Shown here piece by piece: positions 29,121-37,752 of a DNA stretch of 64,000 nt. Under the pieces are notes generated by a model, which was not told the origin of the DNA, searched no databases, and worked only from the letters and a program-made list of their open reading frames with translations. The translations under genes were made by a program, and so were the position numbers. Source of the DNA: Candidatus Hydrogenedentota bacterium. GTDB lineage: Bacteria; Hydrogenedentota; Hydrogenedentia; Hydrogenedentales; SLHB01. The first letter of the stretch is position 1. Every line of letters starts with the position of its first letter. The stretch is from positions 23,128-87,127 of the forward strand of contig JBPOJD010000003.1 in NCBI GenBank assembly GCA_052033955.1, given 5' to 3'.

Positions 29121-29479
29121 CCTGCCGAAACGTCGCGCCGTGGGGCACGACTCACCGCACACAGAACGAGTGCACATGACCTGGGACAGATGACTGACAC
29201 GATGCGGCAGGTCCCAAAAAACGATGGAGGGGGTGGCGTGTGCGCCGGGAGGGAATTTATCAGTAAGCGCACATTGATGTCGCCGAACCCTCAAATCTCG
29301 CGCCGTAGTCCGCAGACCCGGCATGAACTCCACAGAGAGTATGCCTTTTCGCAGCCAGAATGTCAAGTGTTTCTGGGAAATAATCGTTCTCGGTTGACAA
29401 ACATTGACCGGAAGGAAGGCGTAAATCACGCCGTGTTGGGGGGATGCGGATGCAGCGGCAAGGCCGGTGACCGGCCGGG

Positions 29480-30625
29480 TTACCGCGGCGCGGGAGGCCG
29501 CGGGATCGGGCGGGGCCGGTGGCGCCAGTTCTGGAAGGTGCGCCAGGTGTGCCGGGCCTGCATGGCCGCGCCGATGATGACCCGGCTCGCGGGGCTCTCG
29601 CAGATCTGGTACTCGCCGATGTACTGGATGTCCCGGCCGCCGACGCCCTTCTTGAAGGTGTAGCCGCCCGGGTACGCCACGGGATCGATGCCGCCCATGT
29701 CCAGGTGCCGGAAGCCCATTTCCTTGGCGGCGCAGATCTGATCCCAGACGAGCCGGTTCGCGGCTTGGCACGTGAGCGCGCGGTCGCTCGTGGCGAACAG
29801 GATTCCCATGGCCCGGCCCCCGACGGCCGAAAGCGTGGATGCGGCCACCGGCTCGCCCTCGGAGTACAGCACGGTGATGCGCATCTTGTGGTGATCCGGC
29901 AGGCGCCGCTGGATCTCGCGGAATTCGTTTACGTCCACGTAGCGCACGAAGCCCTTGCGCGCATGCATTACCTCGTAGAGGTCCGCCAAGTGCCCGTAGA
30001 GGTCGTCGCCGACGCCGTGGACGAGGGTGATGTCGCGGTCGTAGCTTTTCCGGAGCCGGTTTCGCCAGTCAGAGGCCAGCCCCTTGTGCAGGCCGTCGAT
30101 GGACGGGGTGAGGTCCAGCAGGAAGGTGCGGTAGGGCTTCGTCGCGGCCACAAGGCGGAAGCCTTCCTGTTCCAGGATGTCCCGGGCGGGACACGGCTCT
30201 TCGGCGACCTCGCGGGGGATGATCCGGAGCTGGAGCCCGCGCCGGGCGACAAATTCGTCCCGGAGCGCGCGCAGAACGGCCCGCAGGGCCTCGGGGTCGG
30301 CCTCGTGGCCGCGGGGCCGCCACATCGGGCCGAGGTACAGATACGCGACGCCCGCCCTGAGGACCGGGAGGACGAGCGCGCGCACCTGCGCGGCCGCCAC
30401 GACGCGTCCGCCACGGCGTATGACGACATGGTGCATGCGATGCGCGCCCCACCGGACCTCCTCATAGGCCCAAGTCTGGTAGATGGTCGCATCCTCGAAC
30501 TCGTCGACGATGGCGGTCCACTCGGAGGCGGTGACCTGGTCGATTTCCGCGGTGAACGCGTTGTCTGCGGCCACGCGGCGCCACGCCGCCGGGGGGGCGG
30601 CTTCACGGACGGGTGAAATGGACAC
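29480..30625 (-). CDS. FemAB-family (Acetyltransf_6/GNAT-fold) protein, EPS-locus associated
   Basis: Start is a GTG with an AAGGAG Shine-Dalgarno 6 nt upstream. Similar in length and sequence to the exosortase-system-associated FemAB family (...IYQTWAYEEV...LHKGLASDWRNRLRKSY...GGIDPVAYPGGYTFKKG...). Confidence 0.7.
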   Translation of the reverse strand: MSISPVREAAPPAAWRRVAADNAFTAEIDQVTASEWTAIVDEFEDATIYQTWAYEEVRWGAHRMHHVVIRRGGRVVAAAQVRALVLPVLRAGVAYLYLGPMWRPRGHEADPEALRAVLRALRDEFVARRGLQLRIIPREVAEEPCPARDILEQEGFRLVAATKPYRTFLLDLTPSIDGLHKGLASDWRNRLRKSYDRDITLVHGVGDDLYGHLADLYEVMHARKGFVRYVDVNEFREIQRRLPDHHKMRITVLYSEGEPVAASTLSAVGGRAMGILFATSDRALTCQAANRLVWDQICAAKEMGFRHLDMGGIDPVAYPGGYTFKKGVGGRDIQYIGEYQICESPASRVIIGAAMQARHTWRTFQNWRHRPRPIPRPPAPR

Positions 30626-31496
30626 TGGCCTCTCCTTTCGCCTCGATGCGTTCCGGGGAACGGCGCATCAGCCGGCGCATCAGCTGTCCCTTGATGGCCG
30701 ACATGACAGGCATCCAGCAATACGCGCCCTTGACCTTGAGCCGGAACTCCCACAGGAGGTCCGAGGGGTCCACGCGGACGCGTCCAATGACGAACTCGTC
30801 CTGGGTCATGCGGGCCGGCCGGGCATTGCCGGTGAACACCCGCCGGTAACCGGCGTTCCGCACCATGTCGACCAGGGATGCATTGTGGCGGCCGTAGGGG
30901 AACACAAAGGTGTCGATCTCGCGCCCCAGCGCCTGCTCGAGGCATTCCCGGGAGGCCTCGAGCTCCAGACGGGCCTCCTGTTCGTTGAGCAGACACATGT
31001 TCCGGTGGGAGACGCCGTGGGACCCGATGGCGACCAGGCCGGCGGGCAGTTGCCGCAGGTCGCTCGCCGAGGCCACGGTCTCCGAGGTGTCGCGCGAGTG
31101 GAGCGCCTGGCGCCAGTTGGCCGGTCCGCCCATCTTGCCCGAGGGCACAAAGACCGAACAGGGAAGGCCTCGCGAGACAATTTCGGGTATGGCCCCGGTG
31201 ACGGCGCAGGTGAACGCGTCGTCGAAGGTGAGAGCGGCGTAGCGGCTTCCAGGCGCGAGTCCGTGCCGTTCACCGGCCGGGACCACGCGGGCCATGCGCT
31301 GCAACTCGTCCAACTGGCGGCGGAACGCGGGCATCTCATCGGCGCGGACCGAGTGATAACACACCACCATGCAGGTGGGAGGCGTTTCCTGTCCGGCGGC
31401 GCGCCGGATCCGCTGCCAGGCCTGATGCAGGATCCAGTACACCTGGCTGACGGCGAGTGTGAGGATGCGGTGGAGGATGGCGGTTACCGTGTGCAT
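30603..31496 (-). CDS. Polysaccharide deacetylase (NodB homology domain, CE4)
   Basis: ALTFDDAFTCAVTGAIPEIVSRGLPCSVFVPSG (the TFDD motif) ... IGSHGVSHRNM (His motif) ... FVFPYGRHNASLV. The ATG at 31496 is chosen; the upstream 150 codons of the ORF are Arg-rich, overlap the next gene and are rejected. Confidence 0.75.
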   Translation of the reverse strand: MHTVTAILHRILTLAVSQVYWILHQAWQRIRRAAGQETPPTCMVVCYHSVRADEMPAFRRQLDELQRMARVVPAGERHGLAPGSRYAALTFDDAFTCAVTGAIPEIVSRGLPCSVFVPSGKMGGPANWRQALHSRDTSETVASASDLRQLPAGLVAIGSHGVSHRNMCLLNEQEARLELEASRECLEQALGREIDTFVFPYGRHNASLVDMVRNAGYRRVFTGNARPARMTQDEFVIGRVRVDPSDLLWEFRLKVKGAYCWMPVMSAIKGQLMRRLMRRSPERIEAKGEASVHFTRP

Positions 31497-31954
31497 TGCG
31501 CGGCCTCTGCGCCGTGCCGGCGCGTGTCGTCGGGAAAGGCGGTGACGGTGTGCGTAAGGGTGCCGCGCAGCGCAGCGCCACGCGCCTGAAACGCGGCCTC
31601 GATGGCGCGCACCACGTGACGCGCATGCTCCGTGGGGGTGCCGGTCAGGATGACCCCGATGGCGGATCCGCTGTTCTGCCATCCGGCCACGTCGCTCAGG
31701 CGCACGCGGGTGCGCACCGCGCCGGCGAGCAGGCCGAGGAGCCGGTCCGGATCCGCGCCGTCCCAGGCATCGACGGTAAACGACACGAGCACACACGGCG
31801 TGCCGGTGCGGTCCGCGAGGGCACGTTGGCGCAGCAACGCGTCGCGAAAGGCACGTTCGTCGAGCAGCGCAGGCGTGTCCAAGGGCGGCGGGGATTCCGC
31901 GCGGGTCCCACTGGGCCACCTTTCCGGTGTCTTCTGCTGTCGCCACCTTGTCAT
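31484..31954 (-). CDS. Small protein with a degenerate GGDEF-like (diguanylate-cyclase-fold) domain
   Basis: CVLVSFTVDAWDGADPDRLLGLLAGAVRTRVRLSDVAGWQNSGSAIGVILTGTPTEHARHVVRAIEAAF aligns to the GGDEF-domain core, with GWQNS in place of GGDEF. Start at ATG 31954; upstream ORF part rejected. Confidence 0.45.
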   Translation of the reverse strand: MTRWRQQKTPERWPSGTRAESPPPLDTPALLDERAFRDALLRQRALADRTGTPCVLVSFTVDAWDGADPDRLLGLLAGAVRTRVRLSDVAGWQNSGSAIGVILTGTPTEHARHVVRAIEAAFQARGAALRGTLTHTVTAFPDDTRRHGAEAAQCTR

Positions 31955-31994
31955 GTCGTGTCGCCTGGCCGCCGCTGGCGCCGGTTCTGCCCTG

Positions 31995-32390
31995 TCAGTG
32001 ATTGACCACTGACGGCCGGTCCTGGTTCTGATTGCCGCCTTCGTCGAGGCGTCTGCGTGCAACATCCAGCAGCGTGGAGATGTCCCGGCCGTCGCTCGGG
32101 TACGAGGCCGCGCCGAAACGCACCGACACCGCCCCGCCATAGGCGTGCTGGAGCCGGTGTATTGCCGCGCGCGCCCCGTCGCTGTCGGTCTCGCCCATGA
32201 GCACCGTTACGTGGGGCTTCGACTCGATCACCGCGTCGCTCACGCGCAGGAACCCCGAGAAGAGCTGGCGGAACTTGTCGCGGGGTTTCCCGACACTGCA
32301 CACGAGCACCGTGAAAAACCGCTGATAGCGTTCGGAGTTGCGCAGCTCGTGTTCGGCGAGCAACTCGAAAAGCTCAGGCTTGTTCTCCAC
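31995..32390 (-). CDS. Second small protein with a degenerate GGDEF-like domain
   Basis: FTVLVCSVGKPRDKFRQLFSGFLRVSDAVIESKPHVTVLMGETDSDGARAAIHRLQ...PSDGRDISTLLDVARRRLDEG follows the GGDEF-domain pattern but lacks the GGDEF/GGEEF residues. The GTG at 32390 avoids overlap with the upstream GT4; the alternative ATG at 32519 would overlap it by about 57 nt. Confidence 0.4.
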   Translation of the reverse strand: MENKPELFELLAEHELRNSERYQRFFTVLVCSVGKPRDKFRQLFSGFLRVSDAVIESKPHVTVLMGETDSDGARAAIHRLQHAYGGAVSVRFGAASYPSDGRDISTLLDVARRRLDEGGNQNQDRPSVVNH

Positions 32391-32461
32391 TCGTGAGACC
32401 CTTGTCGTTCCGGGTGCGCGGCGCCGGTGCGCGGGGTGTCCCGGGCGGCGCCGCGGCGCCG

Positions 32462-33637
32462 CTATGCCGCCAGAAGCCGTTCTACCAGATTCGTGTACAC
32501 CCTCTTGTGTTCGTTCCATCTGTATTTCGCTCCAAATCCCATCCAGGCCGCCTGGCCGAGTTCCAAACGCTTGTCCGGGTGAGCGTAGAGATCCTCCACG
32601 GCCCCGGCGAACGACGTGGGGTCGTCTGCGTCGAAGAACTGAACCATGGCGGCATCGAAATAGCGCATGATGGTCTGTGTCCTGGGTACCACACAGGGAA
32701 TCCCCATCTGCACGTACTCGAGCAGCTTGGTGGGAAGCATCAATTCGGTCGCGCTCGAGATGCGCATCGGGATGACGCCGACATCGACGTCCGCCAGGCG
32801 ATACGGAATCTCTTCGACGGGCACGAACCCGTCGCTGAACGCGACCCGGGACGCAACGCCGAGGTCCGCGGCCCGCCGCGCCAGCTCCTCGCGGGCTTCC
32901 CCGTCCCCGATGATGCGCAGCTCGATGTCCGGAATGCGTTCGCACAGCACCGGCATGGCCTCGACGGCGATGTCCAGGCCAAGACGGTGCGCGAGCGTGC
33001 CGTGATAGGCCAGGACAAAGGGCGCGCCCGGACGCCGGGTTCGCGGTTCGCGCGGCGGCGCGAAGATCCGCTCGTCCGGAAGATTGAACAATACCGAGAT
33101 CTTGTTGCGCGGGATGCCGCGTTGGGACAGCACGTCCTTGAGGCGCTCCTCGACGGTGAGCACCTGTGTGGCAAAGCGCCCGGCCATCCACTCTTGGGAC
33201 GCAAGCAGCCGGATCACCCAGTGGCGCGCGCCGACATGAAACTTCTCCATGTAAAGCTCGGGCATCGGGTCATGGACGTCGTGGATAACGGGAACACCCA
33301 GGGCGCGGGGAAGCCACGCGGCGAGGACGAGGAAATCGGGCATGTTGCTGACGTGAATCAGGCGGTACCGGAGCGGGTGGGCCGTCATGTGCGCGCAGAT
33401 CTGAAGGAAGAAGAGGAGATAGTCCGCCAGATAGGCCGCGACCGAATCCGGTTTGTGCGACCGCGCCCGGGTCCGGCGCACGTCCACCCCCATGATCGTC
33501 TCGCGCCGGGGTTGGCCCGGCTGGCCGCGGGCGATGAAGACCACGCGGTGGCCTTCCTCGACCAGCGCCTCGGCCTCGCGCCGGACGCGGGGATCGCGGC
33601 TGTAGTTCGTGTATGCGGCCATGAGCACGGTTGCCAT
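32462..33637 (-). CDS. Glycosyltransferase family 4
   Basis: MATVLMAAYTNYSRDPRVRREAEALVEEGHRVVFI ... C-terminal GT4 signature MLPTKLLEYVQMGIPCVVPRTQTI (EX7E). ATG at 33637. Confidence 0.8.
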   Translation of the reverse strand: MATVLMAAYTNYSRDPRVRREAEALVEEGHRVVFIARGQPGQPRRETIMGVDVRRTRARSHKPDSVAAYLADYLLFFLQICAHMTAHPLRYRLIHVSNMPDFLVLAAWLPRALGVPVIHDVHDPMPELYMEKFHVGARHWVIRLLASQEWMAGRFATQVLTVEERLKDVLSQRGIPRNKISVLFNLPDERIFAPPREPRTRRPGAPFVLAYHGTLAHRLGLDIAVEAMPVLCERIPDIELRIIGDGEAREELARRAADLGVASRVAFSDGFVPVEEIPYRLADVDVGVIPMRISSATELMLPTKLLEYVQMGIPCVVPRTQTIMRYFDAAMVQFFDADDPTSFAGAVEDLYAHPDKRLELGQAAWMGFGAKYRWNEHKRVYTNLVERLLAA

Positions 33638-33641
33638 TGCC

Positions 33642-35012
33642 TTACCCGTCCAGGTCGCGCGGCGCGACCGAGGCGTGCGCGTCGCATCCCCCCGCCATCG
33701 CGGCGGACCAGTCCTTGGGGATGCCGAGCGTCCTGCGGCCGGTGCCCAAGTACAAGAGGCCCGCGCGTGCCGCAGCGAGGGGGTCCCAGAAGTCCCTTCC
33801 ATCAACGACTACGCTGATCCCACCGGCCGCCCACGCAGCGAAGTCCGGCGAGGCAAATTCCTCGTGCGCGGTGTTCAGAAACACGACGTCCGCGCGGTCC
33901 CGGTCCACGTCCGCCGGACGGAACCCCGCGCAGAGAATCTCGTGACTGCTGTAATGCGGATCCTGGAGCGTGACGATGGCGCCGTGCCGGATCAGTTCAT
34001 CGCGAAGCGCGTAGGCGCTGCTGAAGATGTCGACCTTGACGCCGGGGCGGAAGGCGAGTCCGAGGATATGCGCCCGTTTGTTCGCGAGCGGCTGCCACGC
34101 CTGGGCCACACGCGCCACGTGCCGCGCAGGCTGGGCGTCGTTGACCGCCCGCGCGGTCTCCGCGAGCCGCTGTCCGACCCCGAGGCGCCGCGCGGCCCGG
34201 GTCAGAAAGTAGGGGTACACCGGAGTGCAGTGACCGCCGACGCCGATTCCCGGCGCGAGCAGATGGGCCTCGCCGCTGGTGTTGGCGGCGCGCCGGACTA
34301 CCTCGAAATCCACGCCAACGGCCTCGGCGAACTCGGCCAGTTCGTTGGCGAGCGCGATGCTGACGTCGCGGTAGAGCATGTCGGCAAGCTTCGCCATCTC
34401 AGCGGCCTCGAGGGTCCGCACGTCGTGCACGGGCGCGCCCAGATACAGACTGTAGAAGGCGACGGCCTTGGCGCAGGAGGCCTGATCATAGCCCCCGACG
34501 ACCTTGGGCGTCTTCCGCAGGCGTTCCAGCACGAGGTTGGCCTTGACCCGTTCGGGGCTGAATGCCACGTGAAAATCGCGTCCGGCCTTGAGGCCACTGT
34601 GGTCTTCAAGCACCGGGACCAGTTCGTGACGGGTGCCGCCGACCGATACCGTCGTTTCGAAAATGACGAGGGCGCCCGGCTGGAGCCCCTCGCCGACCCG
34701 TGCCGCCGCGTCCTTGAGAATGGCGTAGTCGATGTCGCGCTCATTCGTGAGGTGGGCCGGGACGATGACAATGATGACGTCCGCATCCCGCGCGGCCTGC
34801 GTCGTGTCGAGGGTCGCCCGGAGCCGGCCTTCCTGGTGGACTTCATCGAGGAGGGCGGCGAGGCCGGGCTCCTCGTACGGGCACAAGCCCTCGTTGATCT
34901 GGCGGACGAGGGCGGGGTTGATGTCGCAGACCGTGGCTGCGGCGCCGTTTCCAGCGAGCACACACGCCAGCGGCAACCCCATGCGGCCGGCGCCCACGAC
35001 CATCGCGTTCAT
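33642..35012 (-). CDS. Nucleotide-sugar 6-dehydrogenase (WbpA/WecC-like UDP-N-acetylhexosamine dehydrogenase)
   Basis: MNAMVVGAGRMGLPLACVLA (Rossmann GxGxxG) ... GGHCTPVYPYFL (catalytic Cys region of the UDPG/MGDP dehydrogenase family). Its ATG overlaps the upstream aminotransferase stop (ATGA). Confidence 0.75.
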   Translation of the reverse strand: MNAMVVGAGRMGLPLACVLAGNGAAATVCDINPALVRQINEGLCPYEEPGLAALLDEVHQEGRLRATLDTTQAARDADVIIVIVPAHLTNERDIDYAILKDAAARVGEGLQPGALVIFETTVSVGGTRHELVPVLEDHSGLKAGRDFHVAFSPERVKANLVLERLRKTPKVVGGYDQASCAKAVAFYSLYLGAPVHDVRTLEAAEMAKLADMLYRDVSIALANELAEFAEAVGVDFEVVRRAANTSGEAHLLAPGIGVGGHCTPVYPYFLTRAARRLGVGQRLAETARAVNDAQPARHVARVAQAWQPLANKRAHILGLAFRPGVKVDIFSSAYALRDELIRHGAIVTLQDPHYSSHEILCAGFRPADVDRDRADVVFLNTAHEEFASPDFAAWAAGGISVVVDGRDFWDPLAAARAGLLYLGTGRRTLGIPKDWSAAMAGGCDAHASVAPRDLDG

Positions 35013-36139
35013 GCGCAGCGCTCCTTCAGGGTTGATACCGCCGCCCGAAGCCCGTCGCAGACGAAGCCGATCTGTTCATCGGTGATCTCGGCGAACATCG
35101 GCAGCGACAGCAGGTGCAGGGCCTGCTGTTCGGCCACGGGGAAATCGCCTTCGCCATGGCCGCGCGCGGCGTAGGCCTTCTGCAGGTGCAGCGGGATGGG
35201 GTAATGCAGGCCGGTGGCGATGCCCTGCCCGGCGAGCGCGGCCTGGACCTCGTCCCGGTTGGGCACCTGCACCACGAAGAGATGCCAGACGGGCCGGCAG
35301 TGCGCCGGCACCGTCGGCAAGACCACCCCATCCACATGCGCCAGCAGCTCCATGTAGCGCCGGGCGGCCCTGCGCCGGGCCTCCGTCCAATCCGGCAGGC
35401 AGCGGAGCTTCACGCGCAGTGCCGCCGCCTGAAGGGCGTCACAGCGGCCATTGTGTCCTTCGATGTCGTGATAGTACTTCTTGACCTGGCCGTGGTCGCG
35501 CAGCATGCGCACCCGGTCGGCGAGGTCGGTGTCGTTGGTGACGACGGCCCCGGCCTCCCCGCAGGCGCCGAGGTTCTTGCCCGGATAGAACGAGAATCCG
35601 GCCGCGACGCCCATCGTTCCGGTGCGACGGCCTTTGTACTCGGCGAGATGGGCCTGTGCGGCATCTTCGACGACCCACAGCCCATGCTCGGCGGCTACGG
35701 CGCCGATGGCGTCCATGTCGGCGGGCTGTCCATAGAGGTGGACCGGAACGATGCCCTTGGTGCGGGGCGTGATGACTTGTTCGATCTGCTGCACGTCCAG
35801 GTTGTACGTGTCCGGGCGGACATCGATGAAGACGGGTGTTCCGCCGGCCAGGCTCACGGCCTCGCTCGTGGCGATGAAGGTGTTGGCCGGTACGATGACC
35901 TCGTCGCCGGGGCGGAGTCCCAGGGCCTTGAAGATGAAGAGGAGCGCGTCCGTCCCATTGCTGACCGTCACGCAGTGACGCGCGTCGCATGCCGCGGCGA
36001 ACTCTTCTTCGAAGGCAGCAACGTGCGCCCCGCCGATGAACCCCGCCGTGTCAAGAATGTCGCTCCACAGGGTCAAGATCTCTTGCTTGACGAGCCGGTG
36101 CTGCGCTCTCAGATCCAGGAAGGGGACGTTCGTCTGCAT
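35009..36139 (-). CDS. DegT/DnrJ/EryC1/StrS-family PLP-dependent sugar aminotransferase (WbpE/PglE-like)
   Basis: MQTNVPFLDLRAQHRLVKQEILTLWSDILDTAGFIGGAHVAAFEEEFAAACDARHCVTVSNGTDAL ... SFYPGKNLGACGEAGAVVTND is the classic DegT family signature. Confidence 0.85.
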   Translation of the reverse strand: MQTNVPFLDLRAQHRLVKQEILTLWSDILDTAGFIGGAHVAAFEEEFAAACDARHCVTVSNGTDALLFIFKALGLRPGDEVIVPANTFIATSEAVSLAGGTPVFIDVRPDTYNLDVQQIEQVITPRTKGIVPVHLYGQPADMDAIGAVAAEHGLWVVEDAAQAHLAEYKGRRTGTMGVAAGFSFYPGKNLGACGEAGAVVTNDTDLADRVRMLRDHGQVKKYYHDIEGHNGRCDALQAAALRVKLRCLPDWTEARRRAARRYMELLAHVDGVVLPTVPAHCRPVWHLFVVQVPNRDEVQAALAGQGIATGLHYPIPLHLQKAYAARGHGEGDFPVAEQQALHLLSLPMFAEITDEQIGFVCDGLRAAVSTLKERCA

Positions 36140-36620
36140 GGGATGCCGCCTTTCTCATGAAGCGGGCGGGATTGCCCGCCCAGATCTCGCCATCAGGGAT
36201 GGACTTGGTCACGACACTGCCCGCGCCGACGACGGCGCCCGCACCGATGCGTACGCCACAGAGAACCGTGACGCTCGAACCGAGTGAGGCCCCGTCGCCG
36301 ACATGCGTTGGGATAACAGCCCAATCCGCCTCGGTCTGAAGGGAACCGCCGGGGTTGGTCGCCCGGGGGTACCGGTCATTGATGAAGGTGACGTTGTGGC
36401 CGACAAACACCCCGTCGCCAATGGTCACGCCCTCGCAGATAAAGGTGTGACTGGATACCTTGCAGTCCTTGCCGATAACGGCGTTTTTCTGGATCTCGAC
36501 GAAGCAGCCGATCCGCGAGCGGTCGCCGATCCGGCAGCCGTAGAGGTTGACGAATCCAAAGATCCGCACGTCTTCTCCCATCACCACGTCCGGCGCGATG
36601 CGCGAATAGGATTCCATCAT
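36051..36620 (-). CDS. Hexapeptide-repeat (left-handed beta-helix) sugar N-acetyltransferase (WbpD/PglD-like)
   Basis: MMESYSRIAPDVVMGEDVRIFGFVNLYGCRIGDRSRIGCFVEIQKNAVIGKDCKVSSHTFICEGVTIGDGVFVGHNVTFIND is made of hexapeptide repeats. Shine-Dalgarno AAAGGA 6 nt upstream of the ATG at 36620. The C-terminal 30 aa overlap the aminotransferase start by 88 nt. Confidence 0.7.
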   Translation of the reverse strand: MMESYSRIAPDVVMGEDVRIFGFVNLYGCRIGDRSRIGCFVEIQKNAVIGKDCKVSSHTFICEGVTIGDGVFVGHNVTFINDRYPRATNPGGSLQTEADWAVIPTHVGDGASLGSSVTVLCGVRIGAGAVVGAGSVVTKSIPDGEIWAGNPARFMRKAASHADERPLPGSESAAPARQARDLDPVERHS

Positions 36621-36858
36621 GCGTTGTCCTTTCGAATGGATGGGGCTCCGAACCGCCGGCGCCCATGCCGCGATGCGAGCAACGCATGTGCCAACGCGTC
36701 GCCGCCCCGCAAGACTGCCGCGGATATGCGGAAATCTGCGGGCGCGCCGGTGATCAACGGGAACACCAGCGCTGTGATGTGGCGATTGCATGCGCGATCT
36801 GGCGCGCAACCCTTGGCTGGATTCGGCATGTCCGCAGTGGGCCGCGGCATGGGTGAGG

Positions 36859-37752
36859 TCACTGGACGCGCCATGGCCGCCACCCCCCCGACACCGAGCC
36901 CCAGAGCTTGCGGTGCTGTTCCTCGCGGATAAACCGCGCCAGATCCGGCGGCACGCGGTAGTCGCCATGGCCCGCGACGCCCCAGAGATACCCGAGCGTC
37001 CGCACGAGCGCGCCGACAACGTAGGGGCGCTCGATGCTGCGGTACGCCGCGCGCGCCAGCACGAACCACGGGCTCCATCCGAAGACGCCCTGCGTGACAC
37101 CTTGGCGGAAACGCGCGCGCAGCAGGCTGCCCGCGGCCTGGCCGGTTACGCCGTGATGCAGCACGGGCAATTCGGGAAACGAGCGTGACTCCCATCCCTT
37201 CCACCGGGCGACATGGAGTGCCAGCGCATCTTCGGAGCCCAGCCGCAACGGCACGTAGCCGCCGATGTCCTCGTAGCACGCCCGTCGGAACATCTGGACC
37301 GCGCCCCCGACGCTGTCGAGGCTCGCATGCTTGGGATGGGCCATGCCGTCGTAGAAGTCGAAGGTGACGCCGCCGCCGATGCCGAGGCGGGGGTTGGCGT
37401 CGAAGCGCGCAAGCAGCCGCTCGAAGTAGTCGGGGCCAAACGTAATGTCCGCGTCGAGATTGCCCACGTACGCGTAGTCCTCGCCGGCCAACAGTTCCAG
37501 GCCGGCGTTGATGGCATGCACCTTCGAACCGAAGTCCCGGGTCCCTTGACCATCGCGGCGGAGGTAGCGTACGAACGGATAGTGTTCCGCGCAGGCCTTT
37601 GCGATTTCGTCGGTGCCGTCCGTGGACCCGTCGCTGACGATTACCCATCCAAGCGGGCGGCGGGTCTGCGAGACGACCGCGTCGATCGTGAGTTCGAGGG
37701 TTGCTGCGGCGTCGCGCGCGGGGGTGATCAATACGTAGTCCTGCCCGTTCAT
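36859..37752 (-). CDS. Glycosyltransferase family 2
   Basis: MNGQDYVLITPARDAAATLELTIDAVVSQTRRPLGWVIVSDGSTDGTDEIA is a GT-A fold N-terminus with a DxD-type region. The ATG at 37752 overlaps the upstream gene's stop. The long Arg-rich N-terminal ORF extension is rejected. Confidence 0.75.
   Translation of the reverse strand: MNGQDYVLITPARDAAATLELTIDAVVSQTRRPLGWVIVSDGSTDGTDEIAKACAEHYPFVRYLRRDGQGTRDFGSKVHAINAGLELLAGEDYAYVGNLDADITFGPDYFERLLARFDANPRLGIGGGVTFDFYDGMAHPKHASLDSVGGAVQMFRRACYEDIGGYVPLRLGSEDALALHVARWKGWESRSFPELPVLHHGVTGQAAGSLLRARFRQGVTQGVFGWSPWFVLARAAYRSIERPYVVGALVRTLGYLWGVAGHGDYRVPPDLARFIREEQHRKLWGSVSGGWRPWRVQ

Noticed and set aside
28983-29663. 226-aa plus-strand ORF spanning the 785-bp gap and running into FemAB antisense
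   Set aside because: No Shine-Dalgarno, low-complexity Arg/Gly-rich translation, and it overlaps the FemAB gene antisense. Treated as spurious; only the hairpin in this gap is reported.
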